A DNA stretch of 31,363 nucleotides from Candidatus Bathyarchaeia archaeon (GCA_049512075.1 JBEKXL010000024.1:1-31363), one strand, 5' to 3'; numbered from the stretch's first letter, positions 18,286-27,781 are shown. Notes: generated by a model from the letters alone, not told the origin. Numbers and translations: made by a program.

Positions 18286-18590
18286 TCAATGTCGGAGAGC
18301 GGTGTCGGAGAGCAGCGAAAGTTGTTTTTGATATTCCCGTCGTGTTTTCTCCAGTTCTTCGAGGCTGACCATAAACTTCGACGCTACAGTGTCGACTGAA
18401 GTTTCTCCGCGCCTAGTCAAGAAGTATGCGAGTGCCACTATGATGGATGGTTCTGCTTCAATGTCTTCCACGTTAGGCTTCGCTTTCGTGAGTACGACCA
18501 GGGCAAGATTGGTGGCATATCGAATATGGAGTTGGGAACGTGCAGGCTAGCCGCTGCGTCTTCAACTTTCTTCCATGGTCGCATTTTCAT
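18286..18590 (-). pseudogene. Frameshifted single cyclin-box (TFB/TFIIB repeat-like) protein
   Basis: ATG at 18590 overlaps the upstream stop (TGATG). MKMRPWKKVEDAAASLHVPNSI then shifts frame to RYATNLALVVLTKAKPNVEDIEAEPSIIVALAYFLTRRGETSVDTVASKFMVSLEELEKTRREY. Confidence 0.55.
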
Positions 18591-19141
18591 CACCATGAGA
18601 GGGGATTGTTACGGGGGGTAGTTTTCGTCTGCCGGGTACCGGGTAGAACGTAGGCTAGCTGTCGGACTGGAATGTATGAGATGTAGACTCGGTCGGGGTC
18701 GTAAGCGAAACTTGACACGTTACTGGGTCGCGGGTCGATTCGGACTGCAAACTTGATGATGTTTTGAAGGCCGGAGTATTCCAGTTTGGCGTGCTTTCCG
18801 CAGAGGAAGGCAACGGCAAATCCACCGTCCGGGCCATCGTCGAAACCGTGGCAGGTCAGGCACGGCAACCCAACCTTGAGCAGGTAGTGGAATCCGAATT
18901 CCGATCTTTGGTATCTTGTGCGCGGGTACTTCCATTCTGCGATATAGGGTAGGACAATTTCGTAGAGGACACGCTCACCTGTGAGCGACTTGTTACATAC
19001 GCCACAGCGAAGATGAGCTTTCCATTTTTTGACCACATCGTCCAGGATTCTGTGTTCCTGCTCGCTAAGCTTCTTCAATGTTTGGTGACACCTCCAATAT
19101 TGTGTGAAGGGTTTGGAGGGTTGAGAGCGTCTGGCGAGCAA
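18590..19141 (-). CDS. Cys-rich hypothetical protein, possibly the C-terminal part of a frameshifted gene with 19065..19583
   Basis: CGVC, CLTC and LCGKH motifs. Overlaps the upstream ORF by 77 bp. Confidence 0.6.
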   Translation of the reverse strand: MLARRSQPSKPFTQYWRCHQTLKKLSEQEHRILDDVVKKWKAHLRCGVCNKSLTGERVLYEIVLPYIAEWKYPRTRYQRSEFGFHYLLKVGLPCLTCHGFDDGPDGGFAVAFLCGKHAKLEYSGLQNIIKFAVRIDPRPSNVSSFAYDPDRVYISYIPVRQLAYVLPGTRQTKTTPRNNPLSW

Positions 19142-19508
19142 TTATCTGCCTGACAATGTTGCCATTGATCTGGGCGTACACGGTCTTATTCGGACTTCTA
19201 TCTGTGAAGAACACGAAGTCTACTCCATGCACCTGATCTGAGTACCGGGCGGGAAAATTTGCGAGAATCTTTTTCCACCAATTGTAAGCCTCTTGGGAGA
19301 GAGGAGGAATGAATATCGTTCCTGAACTTTCCAGCGCGGCGGCCAAACTTTCAGACCGCGTGTTTGATTCCAAGTCACTTGTGATGGTGGCTTCCAGAGC
19401 CCACATACATCGCCTGCTCAAACGGTGCATTCTCATCCGAGAAGCCGTAACGGTTCTGCCGCAAATGTCACAGACAGCCGTCTTTCTCTCCGTTGTTGAG
19501 ACTCTCAT
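19065..19508 (-). CDS. Protein with N-terminal zinc finger
   Basis: CDICGRTVTASRMRMHRLSRRC. ATG 19508 overlaps an upstream stop (ATGA). Confidence 0.6.
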   Translation of the reverse strand: MRVSTTERKTAVCDICGRTVTASRMRMHRLSRRCMWALEATITSDLESNTRSESLAAALESSGTIFIPPLSQEAYNWWKKILANFPARYSDQVHGVDFVFFTDRSPNKTVYAQINGNIVRQIIARQTLSTLQTLHTILEVSPNIEEA

Positions 19509-19786
19509 GTTTCGTCGCCCCAACCGAATTCTGCGACAATCGCAACGTCCCGTGGTCCGTAGTCTGCGTAATAGTCGCTCCAAACGTAGCCCATGTCAAT
19601 TAGTCGTGTTCGGCATTACGCCTTAGCGTCCTTGACATGCGGCGAGGCCCAAGTGCCTCCGCTCGATCGTCCAAGACAAAAGCCCATAGAGATCACCCGT
19701 AAGGAAAACCGTGATTTCATTCGATGGTGGCTGACAAGATCACGGTCGCTCGTGTCCGCGAGAAAAAACATGGCGATTCTATTTTG

Positions 19787-19968
19787 GAAAAAGGTGCGTA
19801 TCGGCGGAACACACCGCCTCATCTCGCACACGTCCTTGTAGGTAGTCTTGGTTGTGGCGGTCGTCACGACGTCTCTGCCGTTGTTGTTTCAAACCCTTGA
19901 TAGGTATTCTATCATAGAACAGTTGAAAGAGGTGCGTGTCGGCGGAACACTCCGCTTCATCCCGCACA
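19787..19968. repeat. 44-bp direct repeat pair (19787-19830 and 19925-19968), 39/44 identical
   Basis: GAAAAAGGTGCGTATCGGCGGAACACACCGCCTCATCTCGCACA vs GAAAGAGGTGCGTGTCGGCGGAACACTCCGCTTCATCCCGCACA. Period 138 bp. Confidence 0.9.
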
Positions 19969-20212
19969 ATTCAAGGTTCTGTTCATTTTCGTCTTCTTTT
20001 TCTTTCCATTCTACCAGTAGACCAGTTGAAACGTGCGGTTTTGCTGTTTCTCACTTCTTTTGAACGCTATTTAAGCGCTCGCTTTCTCACTTTCCGAGTT
20101 ACTTTCCTGAAGGAAAGAATCATGGTGTGTTGACATTTTTCGCAATCAAGGTTTCGCGTTCTTCTTCCATCTTTCTCTTGCAATGTTTGTAGTTCTTGCA
20201 GTGAACTGTTTC

Positions 20213-20668
20213 TTATTGGTCGCAGAGGTTTGATCTTTCCTCCTTTGTCTGTCTGGCACGCTCGCGCTCGCACTCTTCCTCCGAAGCCCACACCGCAGCG
20301 GAAATTATATCAGGCTTGAATTTTCCTTGCCTTATCACGTTGCCATTCTTGTCGAGGACATCGTTTTGGATTGTTCGTGCACGACGGAAGATCCCCTCGG
20401 GGCTGCGGTACTTGTTGCCGAGAATTTGCCTTACCATTTCTAGGAGAACTTTCCTGCTGTTTCTCGCCTCGCGAGAGGTTTCCAGAACATTATAGACAAT
20501 CGCGTGTGTTGAATCTGCTCGGTGCCGGAAGGTTTCCCTCGCATTCGCCGCCTCCCTCCTCGCCAGCTCGGCCATTCCCGGTGCCTGCGCCGGGTTGTCC
20601 GTGCAGAAAGTGTCGAGAGTGACTCGGTTGCTCTCTGTTTTCTGCTCCCGCTGCAAGAAGAACACCAC
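20213..20668 (-). CDS. Virus-like hypothetical protein (putative wHTH)
   Basis: VLETSREARNSRKVLL...PEGIFRRARTIQN...GKFKP pattern, recalled from virus-like ORFs. Confidence 0.6.
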   Translation of the reverse strand: MVFFLQREQKTESNRVTLDTFCTDNPAQAPGMAELARREAANARETFRHRADSTHAIVYNVLETSREARNSRKVLLEMVRQILGNKYRSPEGIFRRARTIQNDVLDKNGNVIRQGKFKPDIISAAVWASEEECERERARQTKEERSNLCDQ

Positions 20669-20938
20669 ACCACTCTTAACGGGCCAGGTGAAGCGTCGGG
20701 CTTTCCTTCAGTCGATTTCTCGCAGTATCTTGTCGAGCTAGCGCATGGTCAGGCCTTTGGTCGACAGGGGAAACACTCTCCTGACCGCTTCGCAAAGTGC
20801 CGTGTTGATCATCGAAATCACCTTAAGGAAAATCCTACCTTCAGGCACGGCGTTTCCTCTTCTTCTTCCTGCTTGATTTCGCACAGGTCGGAGGACGTCG
20901 TAGCATTTCTGTTGACGGCTGTTAGAGGGAAAGGATTT

Positions 20939-21463
20939 TCAGTTCGTCCATCGTTGTAGGAATTGTGTTCCCGCAGGGTACTTTGGTAGCCTGTCAACTT
21001 TGGCAACTGTCAGACGGTACTCAACATTGCCAAAGAAGACTTGATTCTTCCCAGATTCTCTTAGTAGTTTGCAGAGTTCCGTAGCTCGAGCGGGCTGGTC
21101 CGTGGTAACCATCCTGTAGCCGTACGTCTTTCCGGTTCTTGTCTTTCCTTGTTGCCAGCGCAAATCGGCGTAGGGGTCGCCTGCTGCCGGGGTTTGCTGT
21201 GGAGGCAGGGGTGTGCTGGTTCTTGCTGTTGTGGGTGGTTTTGCTGCCTGTGTCTTGATCTTCGCGTTTTTCTCTTCTACAAGAACCTGGTCGAGGCGTT
21301 GAAGCCACTCCTTGAGTGCTTTGAGTGCATGGTCCCGTGTCTCTGAACTTACTATGTAGCTTTCAACTGTCTCGAAGTCGTCGCCGACCCGCCAGGTCAG
21401 TTTCCGATGTGCCGTCACGTTGACGGTGCCCTCGGTGGGTGCTGGTTTCTGCTCGTCAGACAT
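20939..21463 (-). CDS. Hypothetical protein with Pro/Thr linker
   Basis: 174-aa ATG ORF with GAGGA SD upstream. Confidence 0.7.
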   Translation of the reverse strand: MSDEQKPAPTEGTVNVTAHRKLTWRVGDDFETVESYIVSSETRDHALKALKEWLQRLDQVLVEEKNAKIKTQAAKPPTTARTSTPLPPQQTPAAGDPYADLRWQQGKTRTGKTYGYRMVTTDQPARATELCKLLRESGKNQVFFGNVEYRLTVAKVDRLPKYPAGTQFLQRWTN

Positions 21464-21684
21464 CTTCCTCGCCTATGGTCCCTGACGATGTATGATGAAA
21501 ACGCAAAACGTTACGGATGATCCCAAAGATTTGATTTCTGATGAGGCGGTTTAGGGGTGCGAGCTGGCCACTATGATCTTCGGCAGTTTTTTCCTCACTA
21601 GTACTATATTCGGGACGGTTCACGCTCCACCCTGAGGGGTGGTGAGGTATGGGAATGTGGAGAAACGTAGGGGAATGTAGGAAA

Positions 21685-22488
21685 CTATACGAACTTAAGG
21701 AGGGCTGACCGACCTGGCGGAGTTCTGTAGGCCCACAGTCCTCTTCGTTCACGTTGCTGGATGGTTCTTCGTGCTTTCTGCGTGACGGTTAAGGGATGGC
21801 TGTGCCTCCACGTTCTTTTCTGTGCGTTTCGTATCTTACGGTTTTTTTCCTCCCATTCCCTCTTGTTTTGTGTCGTTCTTGCATCGCGGATTTCCTTGCG
21901 TAGCTCAAGGTCTCGAAGTGTCCACCTCTCATCGTCGGAGGTAGTGGTGGGTGTCCAGTTTACGGAGGCGAACACATAGCCGCAACCGTGTTCGGAGTTG
22001 GTACACACAACTTCGGGTGCGGTGTAGTGTTCGTCTGGGATTGCGAGCTTTTCAGTCTTGTACCGTTTCTCACCGCACAGCTTACACTTGTCACTCGTTT
22101 TGGCCGCATCGAGACAGACATCGCGCAGAACATTGTAGGTGACCTCACGCAGTTCATCGTCGTCATCGTATGTGACGCTGCGTACAACTTCCCCCAGCAC
22201 TTTTTCTGGGTCGTAGTACTTCTGCTCGAAGAACTCCCCGAACACTTCAAGGTCAGGGATGCAGAAGTCTTTTGCGTATCTGGTCGTTGTTTCGTCTATG
22301 CATGGTTGGGGTGTCGTTGTGGTCTTTGTCTGCTCGTGGGTGTCCGTTATGCCGTTCTTCTTCCACCGCACAATATTTCTGTCTACACATGCAATTGCTC
22401 GGTCCGCTTCGGCGGTGCCAAGCTTCTCCGACCCTACACGCCTATTTAGTCGCTCGCCCGCTAGCAATCTTACTGACGTTTCTCTCAA
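21685..22488 (-). CDS. Hypothetical protein with TFIIB-type zinc-ribbon-like motif and basic C-terminal helix
   Basis: CKLCG...EVVCTNSEHGCGYVF. Confidence 0.7.
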   Translation of the reverse strand: MRETSVRLLAGERLNRRVGSEKLGTAEADRAIACVDRNIVRWKKNGITDTHEQTKTTTTPQPCIDETTTRYAKDFCIPDLEVFGEFFEQKYYDPEKVLGEVVRSVTYDDDDELREVTYNVLRDVCLDAAKTSDKCKLCGEKRYKTEKLAIPDEHYTAPEVVCTNSEHGCGYVFASVNWTPTTTSDDERWTLRDLELRKEIRDARTTQNKREWEEKNRKIRNAQKRTWRHSHPLTVTQKARRTIQQRERRGLWAYRTPPGRSALLKFV

Positions 22489-22507
22489 AGGATTTCTTCC
22501 TTCATGG

Positions 22508-22699
22508 TTACCGCTTCCGCTCCGTTTCCTTTTCGATGAGTATTCCCTGTATGCCGTTGAAACAGAGTTTCACAGTGTCGCCGTGTCGCAGGTCTTTCTG
22601 CTCGAGCAGGAAGGTGGGGATTGTGACCGCGTAGCTGCCGCCTACCTTGATTATCTTCCGCTTTAGCGTGTACTCTTTTTCTTTGCGTTTTGTCGTCAT
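22508..22699 (-). CDS. AbrB/MazE/SpoVT-family DNA-binding protein
   Basis: KRKIIKVGGSYAVTIPTFLLEQKDLRHGDTV. TTTAAA box at 22741-22746 upstream. Confidence 0.85.
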   Translation of the reverse strand: MTTKRKEKEYTLKRKIIKVGGSYAVTIPTFLLEQKDLRHGDTVKLCFNGIQGILIEKETERKR

Positions 22700-22951
22700 T
22701 TCTCATCCACTTTGTATAATTTCCATTGGAATAATGGCTATTTAAACCGACAATGATGGAAGTGACATACGTTACAGAGTATGTTGTTCTTGCATTGCTT
22801 TTCGAATGATCCCGGAGATTTGTCAATCTTTCTCGCTGGTATATGGTCTAACGCCGTATCACCAATGTTTCCGGATGATCCAGAAAATATGCAAACCAAC
22901 CCCCCTACCCCCCGCTAGTTAACACCGTGGAAAACCAGAGTTGACCACCAG

Positions 22952-24574
22952 TCAAGTTAACATTGCTCTGACACGCCGGGTGAGTCCGTCCGCAGTTCTC
23001 CGCTGGACTCCCCACAGCCGCATTGCTATCTGGGTGAGCTTGATTGGTTCTTGGGCGAGGTGGGGGTGGTCTAGTGCGAGATCGTACAGGTAGATGGTTC
23101 GGCGAGTTGTTTTGACGCAGGAGGCGGATGCCTCTTCGAGGAAGTCTTCTTTCCGGTTGAAAGCTAACCAAGCAGCTTGCTCGTAATCCCACGCTGTTCG
23201 GTGGCGGACTCCCCACATTCTCATTGCGTAGGGGATTAGTCGCCATGGGTTTGCTTGGAGGTCTCGGTCCCAGATCAGCTTCAAGTAGAGATGTCTGATG
23301 CGTTTCCGTCTCGTGTTCGTTACATTTCTTATCTTGTACGTGTCTTCGTTGTCGTGAAGCATGCTGTATGCTATGCTGCAGTATTCCAGTGTGGTTCTCC
23401 GGTTCAGACCCCAAGCCTTGCGGATTAATGCCCGGATTAGTGTTGTGACGTGCGGAGGGCTTCTATGCAGGGCAAGGTTGTTTATGATCAGGCACCTGAT
23501 GAAGTTGATTCGATAGTACCTGTTCGTGATTATTCTTGCATCACGTACCCACATCCTCAGCTGGGCTTCTTCTTCCTCTCCGAGGGTTGGGAGGCTGGTT
23601 GATGCTGTCCGCTCAAGGAGTGAAGGGGACGAGACGGGTCTTGAAGGGTTTGAGGAAGGAAATTTTCGCACGCACGGAGGATCCAGACCACTCATGAATG
23701 AGGAGGGAGTTTCGGAAGCCCGCTCCCTGATTGGATCAATATAGGAAGAAGAGAGGTGAGGGTTCGGCGCAAAACCTGAACCTGAACCAGGCTGGCCGGG
23801 GACGTGCGGTGTGGGTGCAGGTGCGCGCAAAAACTCTGGTTCAAGCGTCCGAGTGTATTCCGTAGCGTCAAGGGCAGCTGTTGCCTCCTCTTGGAAGAAG
23901 CGTAAGAGTTCCCCCCGAAGACGATCTATCTCGACCTCACTCCAGTGTCCCTGGGACGGGAAAGCGTAGGAATAGTCGACACCGGCCTGCCGGGCTATTC
24001 TCTCAACCATGGAGGGTAAAACGATGTATTCCATGCTGAGGAAGCGTATGTGAAGCCTGTCCAGGCTCGTTTGTCCGCGAGCGAGAGCGGGAGCGACCAG
24101 GCACATGCAGACTCTGTTGTAGCGGCCCTCAAGCTGGACTGTGCGCGCATGCTGCTCGAGCACCCTTACGACACGCACAATCTCCCGCTCAAAAACCGGG
24201 TTAACCCAGTTCCGTATCACAACGAGAACCATTACCGGCCCACGAGAAACCTCAAACACTTCAGCGTAGTGCCCGTCAACCTTCACCCTCCTAACCTGAC
24301 ACTTAACCCCCAATCCTGCCAGCGACCTCACAACCTCAACGAAATGTCGACGAGCATGGAAGTGTATGGAACCATGCGCATGCCGGTACAGGTGAATAAA
24401 GTGTCCAATCTCACGGATGTTGCGAAAACTTCCAGTGGGGTCGTAGAGTCTGCAGCCAGGATAGCGTCGGCTTGGAACACCCCGCCACGCCCTACCCTCA
24501 CGGAGGAGGCTTCGCAAGTGTCCCATCCGGTCCGGGGGTGGATCGGGCGTGGTGACGGTTTGGCATGTACTCAT
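22952..24574 (-). CDS. 540-aa protein: degenerate restriction-endonuclease/Mrr-like domain, low-complexity linker, three tandem HTH-like repeats
   Basis: VLVVIRNWVNPVFEREI (compare Mrr-type VECKNW..PV). Repeats WGLNRRT, WGVRHRT, WGVQRRT. Confidence 0.7.
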   Translation of the reverse strand: MSTCQTVTTPDPPPDRMGHLRSLLREGRAWRGVPSRRYPGCRLYDPTGSFRNIREIGHFIHLYRHAHGSIHFHARRHFVEVVRSLAGLGVKCQVRRVKVDGHYAEVFEVSRGPVMVLVVIRNWVNPVFEREIVRVVRVLEQHARTVQLEGRYNRVCMCLVAPALARGQTSLDRLHIRFLSMEYIVLPSMVERIARQAGVDYSYAFPSQGHWSEVEIDRLRGELLRFFQEEATAALDATEYTRTLEPEFLRAPAPTPHVPGQPGSGSGFAPNPHLSSSYIDPIRERASETPSSFMSGLDPPCVRKFPSSNPSRPVSSPSLLERTASTSLPTLGEEEEAQLRMWVRDARIITNRYYRINFIRCLIINNLALHRSPPHVTTLIRALIRKAWGLNRRTTLEYCSIAYSMLHDNEDTYKIRNVTNTRRKRIRHLYLKLIWDRDLQANPWRLIPYAMRMWGVRHRTAWDYEQAAWLAFNRKEDFLEEASASCVKTTRRTIYLYDLALDHPHLAQEPIKLTQIAMRLWGVQRRTADGLTRRVRAMLT

Positions 24575-24682
24575 GTGTCTTTTCCTTCGTTCCCATGATC
24601 ATTATGAAATTTCTCGCTCGCAGTTTTAAACAGCCAATGTCAGAAGCAACATACCTAACAGTGTAGGTATGCTACTGCACAG

Positions 24683-24980
24683 GATCTTTCACGGAAATTT
24701 CATGAAAATGGCAGGAGGCACACTATCGAGAAAGATCCGCACTGTCGTGAAGAGATCTCTCGTAAGATCCGCTGCGTTCAAATAGTGGTTGAATGATCGT
24801 GATCTTGGGAAAACGAACACGTCTGGGCTTTACAGCCGCTTGACGAGTCCTGTGATCCTACCTTCAGGCGCAAAAAAAGGCGCACAGATCCGTAGTGGTT
24901 TTCTTGGAATTTTCGGATAGAGATCCGCCGGGTGCTGATCCGAAAGATCCGAAGAACTACCTGACAGCTCTGGATGGATC
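24683..24980. repeat. GATC cluster / AGATCCG short repeats
   Basis: GATC at 24683, 24734, 24754, 24766, 24795, 24801, 24854, 24887, 24922, 24937, 24946 and 24977. Confidence 0.85.
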
Positions 24981-26664
24981 TCTGCTTCAGCTGACCGTAC
25001 CCGTTCCTCTGCCATACGAACATAGTCGCTGTTGAGTTCGATGGCGACATAGTTTCGTCCGAGACGCTTGGCGACCACACATGTGGTTCCGCTACCGCAA
25101 AACGGGTCGAGAACTATGCCTGGCTCGAAGCCAGCGTAACACTTACATGTCGGACGGTATCCGGTGATTTTCCTCTCGACGATTTTGTTCTTGAATCGCA
25201 GCGCGGATGTTTCGCTTGTTCGGACGCAGTCAGCAGTCTTATCCTGGGACTCCCTTCCCATGTCTATGACCGTGTCTTCTATGACGGCTACTTCTGGCTT
25301 GCCGCACTTCCTGCAGGCCCTCTCGGGACAGGAAGCCAAGATTATTGGCTCAATGAGTTTTTCGGCGTATACTGCAAAATGCGCACCGTGAAACGGCTGT
25401 GTGGGGATAGTCCAGACATCGCGGCGGTTCCGACCAAGCGGATTGATAGCTGGTGAACCATCACCTCTGAAGTAGCCGGAGTGTCCTTCGCGTTGGAGTG
25501 AGTGAGGATTTTGGCCCGGTGCGCCATGCCTGGTTTTGGCATCTTTGCCACTGGACGCAAGCTTGTTGCTCAGAGACCAAGGATTGAATTGTAATGGTTC
25601 GCGTATTGCGTCCGCGTTCGCGTAGTATTTCTCGCTCTTGGTGAACATGAAGACGTACTCGTGACTTTTCGTTGGTCGCCAGCTACCCCTTTTCAGCACA
25701 AGCCCCTCATTGGGGAGACACTTCTCACATCCAGGGCAGTGCTTCCATTCGCCGTCGACCTTGACTCTATGGTGTTCCCATCGCCAACCGTTCACACTCT
25801 CCGGCATACAGTTCCCAACAAAGAGGTTCAGGTCTCGCACAATCGCCTGAGCGATTTTTTCATCGACATGTTTGAGTGCGGCTTCGTAGACTTGGGCAGT
25901 AGTCTCCTTCTGCCCCGAAACTCCTTTTGCCCAGATACAATTGCTGCGGAGATAATAGCCGTCTGCCCGCAAAGCGAAGGCAACGCGCCAAGGGATGCCC
26001 ACAAGGTCTTTCGGCTTCAAACCCGTCTTCTGTAAATCTGAAACATTTGGTCGGCTTAACGGATGAACCCCAGCTTCTTTTCTGGTTTTTCCAAGACTGT
26101 TCTCTCCTCCTCCGGGATTGAAGCAGGTTCCTTTTCCACTCGCATAGGCGTCGCCTAAGTTTAACCAGAGCGTACCATCGGGGCGTAGGACACGGCGAAC
26201 TTCACGAAATATCCGTACTATGTGATGGGTGTAGCTTCCTGATACTCGTACTCGTTCGCTGACCGGAAGACCGGCAATTTGTTCGTCGGTCAGGGTGTCG
26301 TAGGGCGAGAACGGGTAAGGTTCGAGACCAAGTGAACCACGCCAAGCACCACAAATGCTGCAGAACTGACCTTGCTCGGTTCGTTTTTGCCAGGTTTCGG
26401 GGTTGTCTTTGCGGTTCTTTTTGTGCTGCCAACGCTTGCGCTGTCCGCTAGAATAACCCTCGCCAGCCGTAATTTTATCGCCCCACCTGTGCTTGCAGTT
26501 GGTGGGGTCGCCATCCCAGACAATCGGGGGCAGTCCATAATCTCTGAGTCCCCAGTATATGGCGGGGAGGTAATAACACAATGAACCGACTCATCGGGCA
26601 ACTTCCTCATCTCTTCAAGGACGTCCCCACATAGAATCCTGTCGTGTAACACCTCTACCGCCAT
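24830..26664 (-). pseudogene. Beta-class N4/N6 DNA methyltransferase (virus-type), frameshifted at the SPPY motif
   Basis: ILCGDVLEEMRKLPDESVHCVITSPPY in one frame, WGLRDYG...WLNLGD...KPKDLVGIPWRVAFAL...AHFA...LDPFCGSGTT in another. An extra TA sits at about 26556-26560. Confidence 0.9.
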
Positions 26665-27521
26665 TAGTTCCACCCCCTGTTAAGTCGCTGCACTTGGCAT
26701 CGCAGCGATTCTCGAAAATCGACAGTCTCGTCAGGTAGCCTATCCAATATGTCGAGCGCATGTCCGCAGTAGACACGGTTCGTATCCATTGCGAACACAC
26801 TTCTGAGAAATCGTCCGGTTCTTCAGTAGGAGCAGTCACACGCTACGAATCGGTTTAGAGAGAAAATGGGCAAACAATCCTACACTATCTGTCTCTTACT
26901 TGTCAGCCTTCAAGAGAAATAGTAGATAGAACGCGTGAAAGCACTTTCCAGACTCACCGAACAGCAAAGTGGATGGTGCCGACAAGCAGGAGAAGGTTGT
27001 AGAGTTCTCTCAAGCGCTTTGCGTTTCTCTATCCCGGTGATTAGCTCCCACCCACGAGTGGGTGTGGGCTTGTGACGCAGTAGCGTGTGCTATCAACTGG
27101 TCAGCCTGAAGGCTGACACGCAACTCATCTCGCCCTGAAGGGTGTGGGGTTTCTTGCTCGATTTCTCTCCTAATAGTACTATATTCGTCCGGCTTCACCC
27201 TCGTGCTGAAGTAGTTAGGGACGTTGTGAGAATAAAACGGATCCAGATCTTCCTCATCTGTGCCAGAGAGTGTGGGTTATCAACGCGGTTGCGGAGTTTT
27301 TGTTTATAAGCAAAACTTCTGCTGCATATCGCTATAACACTAAAACTACGCTCACTTGTAGCTACAGAATTTCGTTGAGGGCTAAAAAATGCGGTGTTTT
27401 GGGCATGACCACGCGATGGGCGGTCGGTGTGTGCCGAAAATCGTGGCTGTGCTTCCACATTGCCATGCGGACGGTTGGCACAAGCAAGCCAGCGCCTCTA
27501 GGGCGTCGTGGGCGTAGTTGT

Positions 27522-27686
27522 TCATAGGTTCAATCTCCGCATGTGGCCTTCCAGCACGGCGACGATGTAGTCCTCAACCTTCGCGCCGCACTGGGCCGCA
27601 ATCGGCAGGACGGCAATGCGGTTGTAGACCCAGCGGGGAATCATGACCTGCACGAGGTCAGGCTGCTCAGAGGCTAGGGGTTCCAT
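27522..27686 (-). CDS. 54-aa ribbon-helix-helix-like protein (not in ORF track)
   Basis: LVQVMIPRWVYNRIAV...KVEDYIVAVLEGHM. ATGA overlap with a 47-aa Cys/His ORF at 27382..27525. Confidence 0.6.
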   Translation of the reverse strand: MEPLASEQPDLVQVMIPRWVYNRIAVLPIAAQCGAKVEDYIVAVLEGHMRRLNL

Positions 27687-27781
27687 AGCTCGCCCATGCC
27701 ACAGGTACGATTCATATCCGCTAGGGGAAACTCAACACCACGAAGAGAGACCCAAACGAAGCTGCGAGCCGACACCGAACA

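Larger units (their letters stand above)
3515..27700. mobile_element. Integrated, partly decayed virus/plasmid-like element or composite island; right boundary uncertain (could extend to 29456)
   Basis: att-like site plus integrase at the left end, DUF932 gene, two MTases, many small Zn-finger/AbrB/RHH genes, several frameshifts. No matching att copy found in the window. Confidence 0.65.

Noticed and set aside
19787-19968. DGR template/variable repeat pair
   Set aside because: Mismatches are not confined to adenines of one copy on either strand, the repeat is short, and no reverse transcriptase is present.
19787-19968. Mini CRISPR array
   Set aside because: Only two copies, 44 bp long with a 94-bp gap, and no cas genes.
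19800-20215. Selenocysteine or stop recoding suggested by CAG*, CAR* (TGA) and CDQ* (TAA) in CxxC-like positions
   Set aside because: The TGA frame has further TGA/TAG stops, repeat differences are mostly non-synonymous in it, and premature stops in the region are of mixed type alongside frameshifts. This fits decay or chance.
3604-27700. Complete provirus or conjugative element
   Set aside because: No recognisable capsid, portal, terminase, packaging ATPase, relaxase or VirB4 gene, and no paired att sites in the window.
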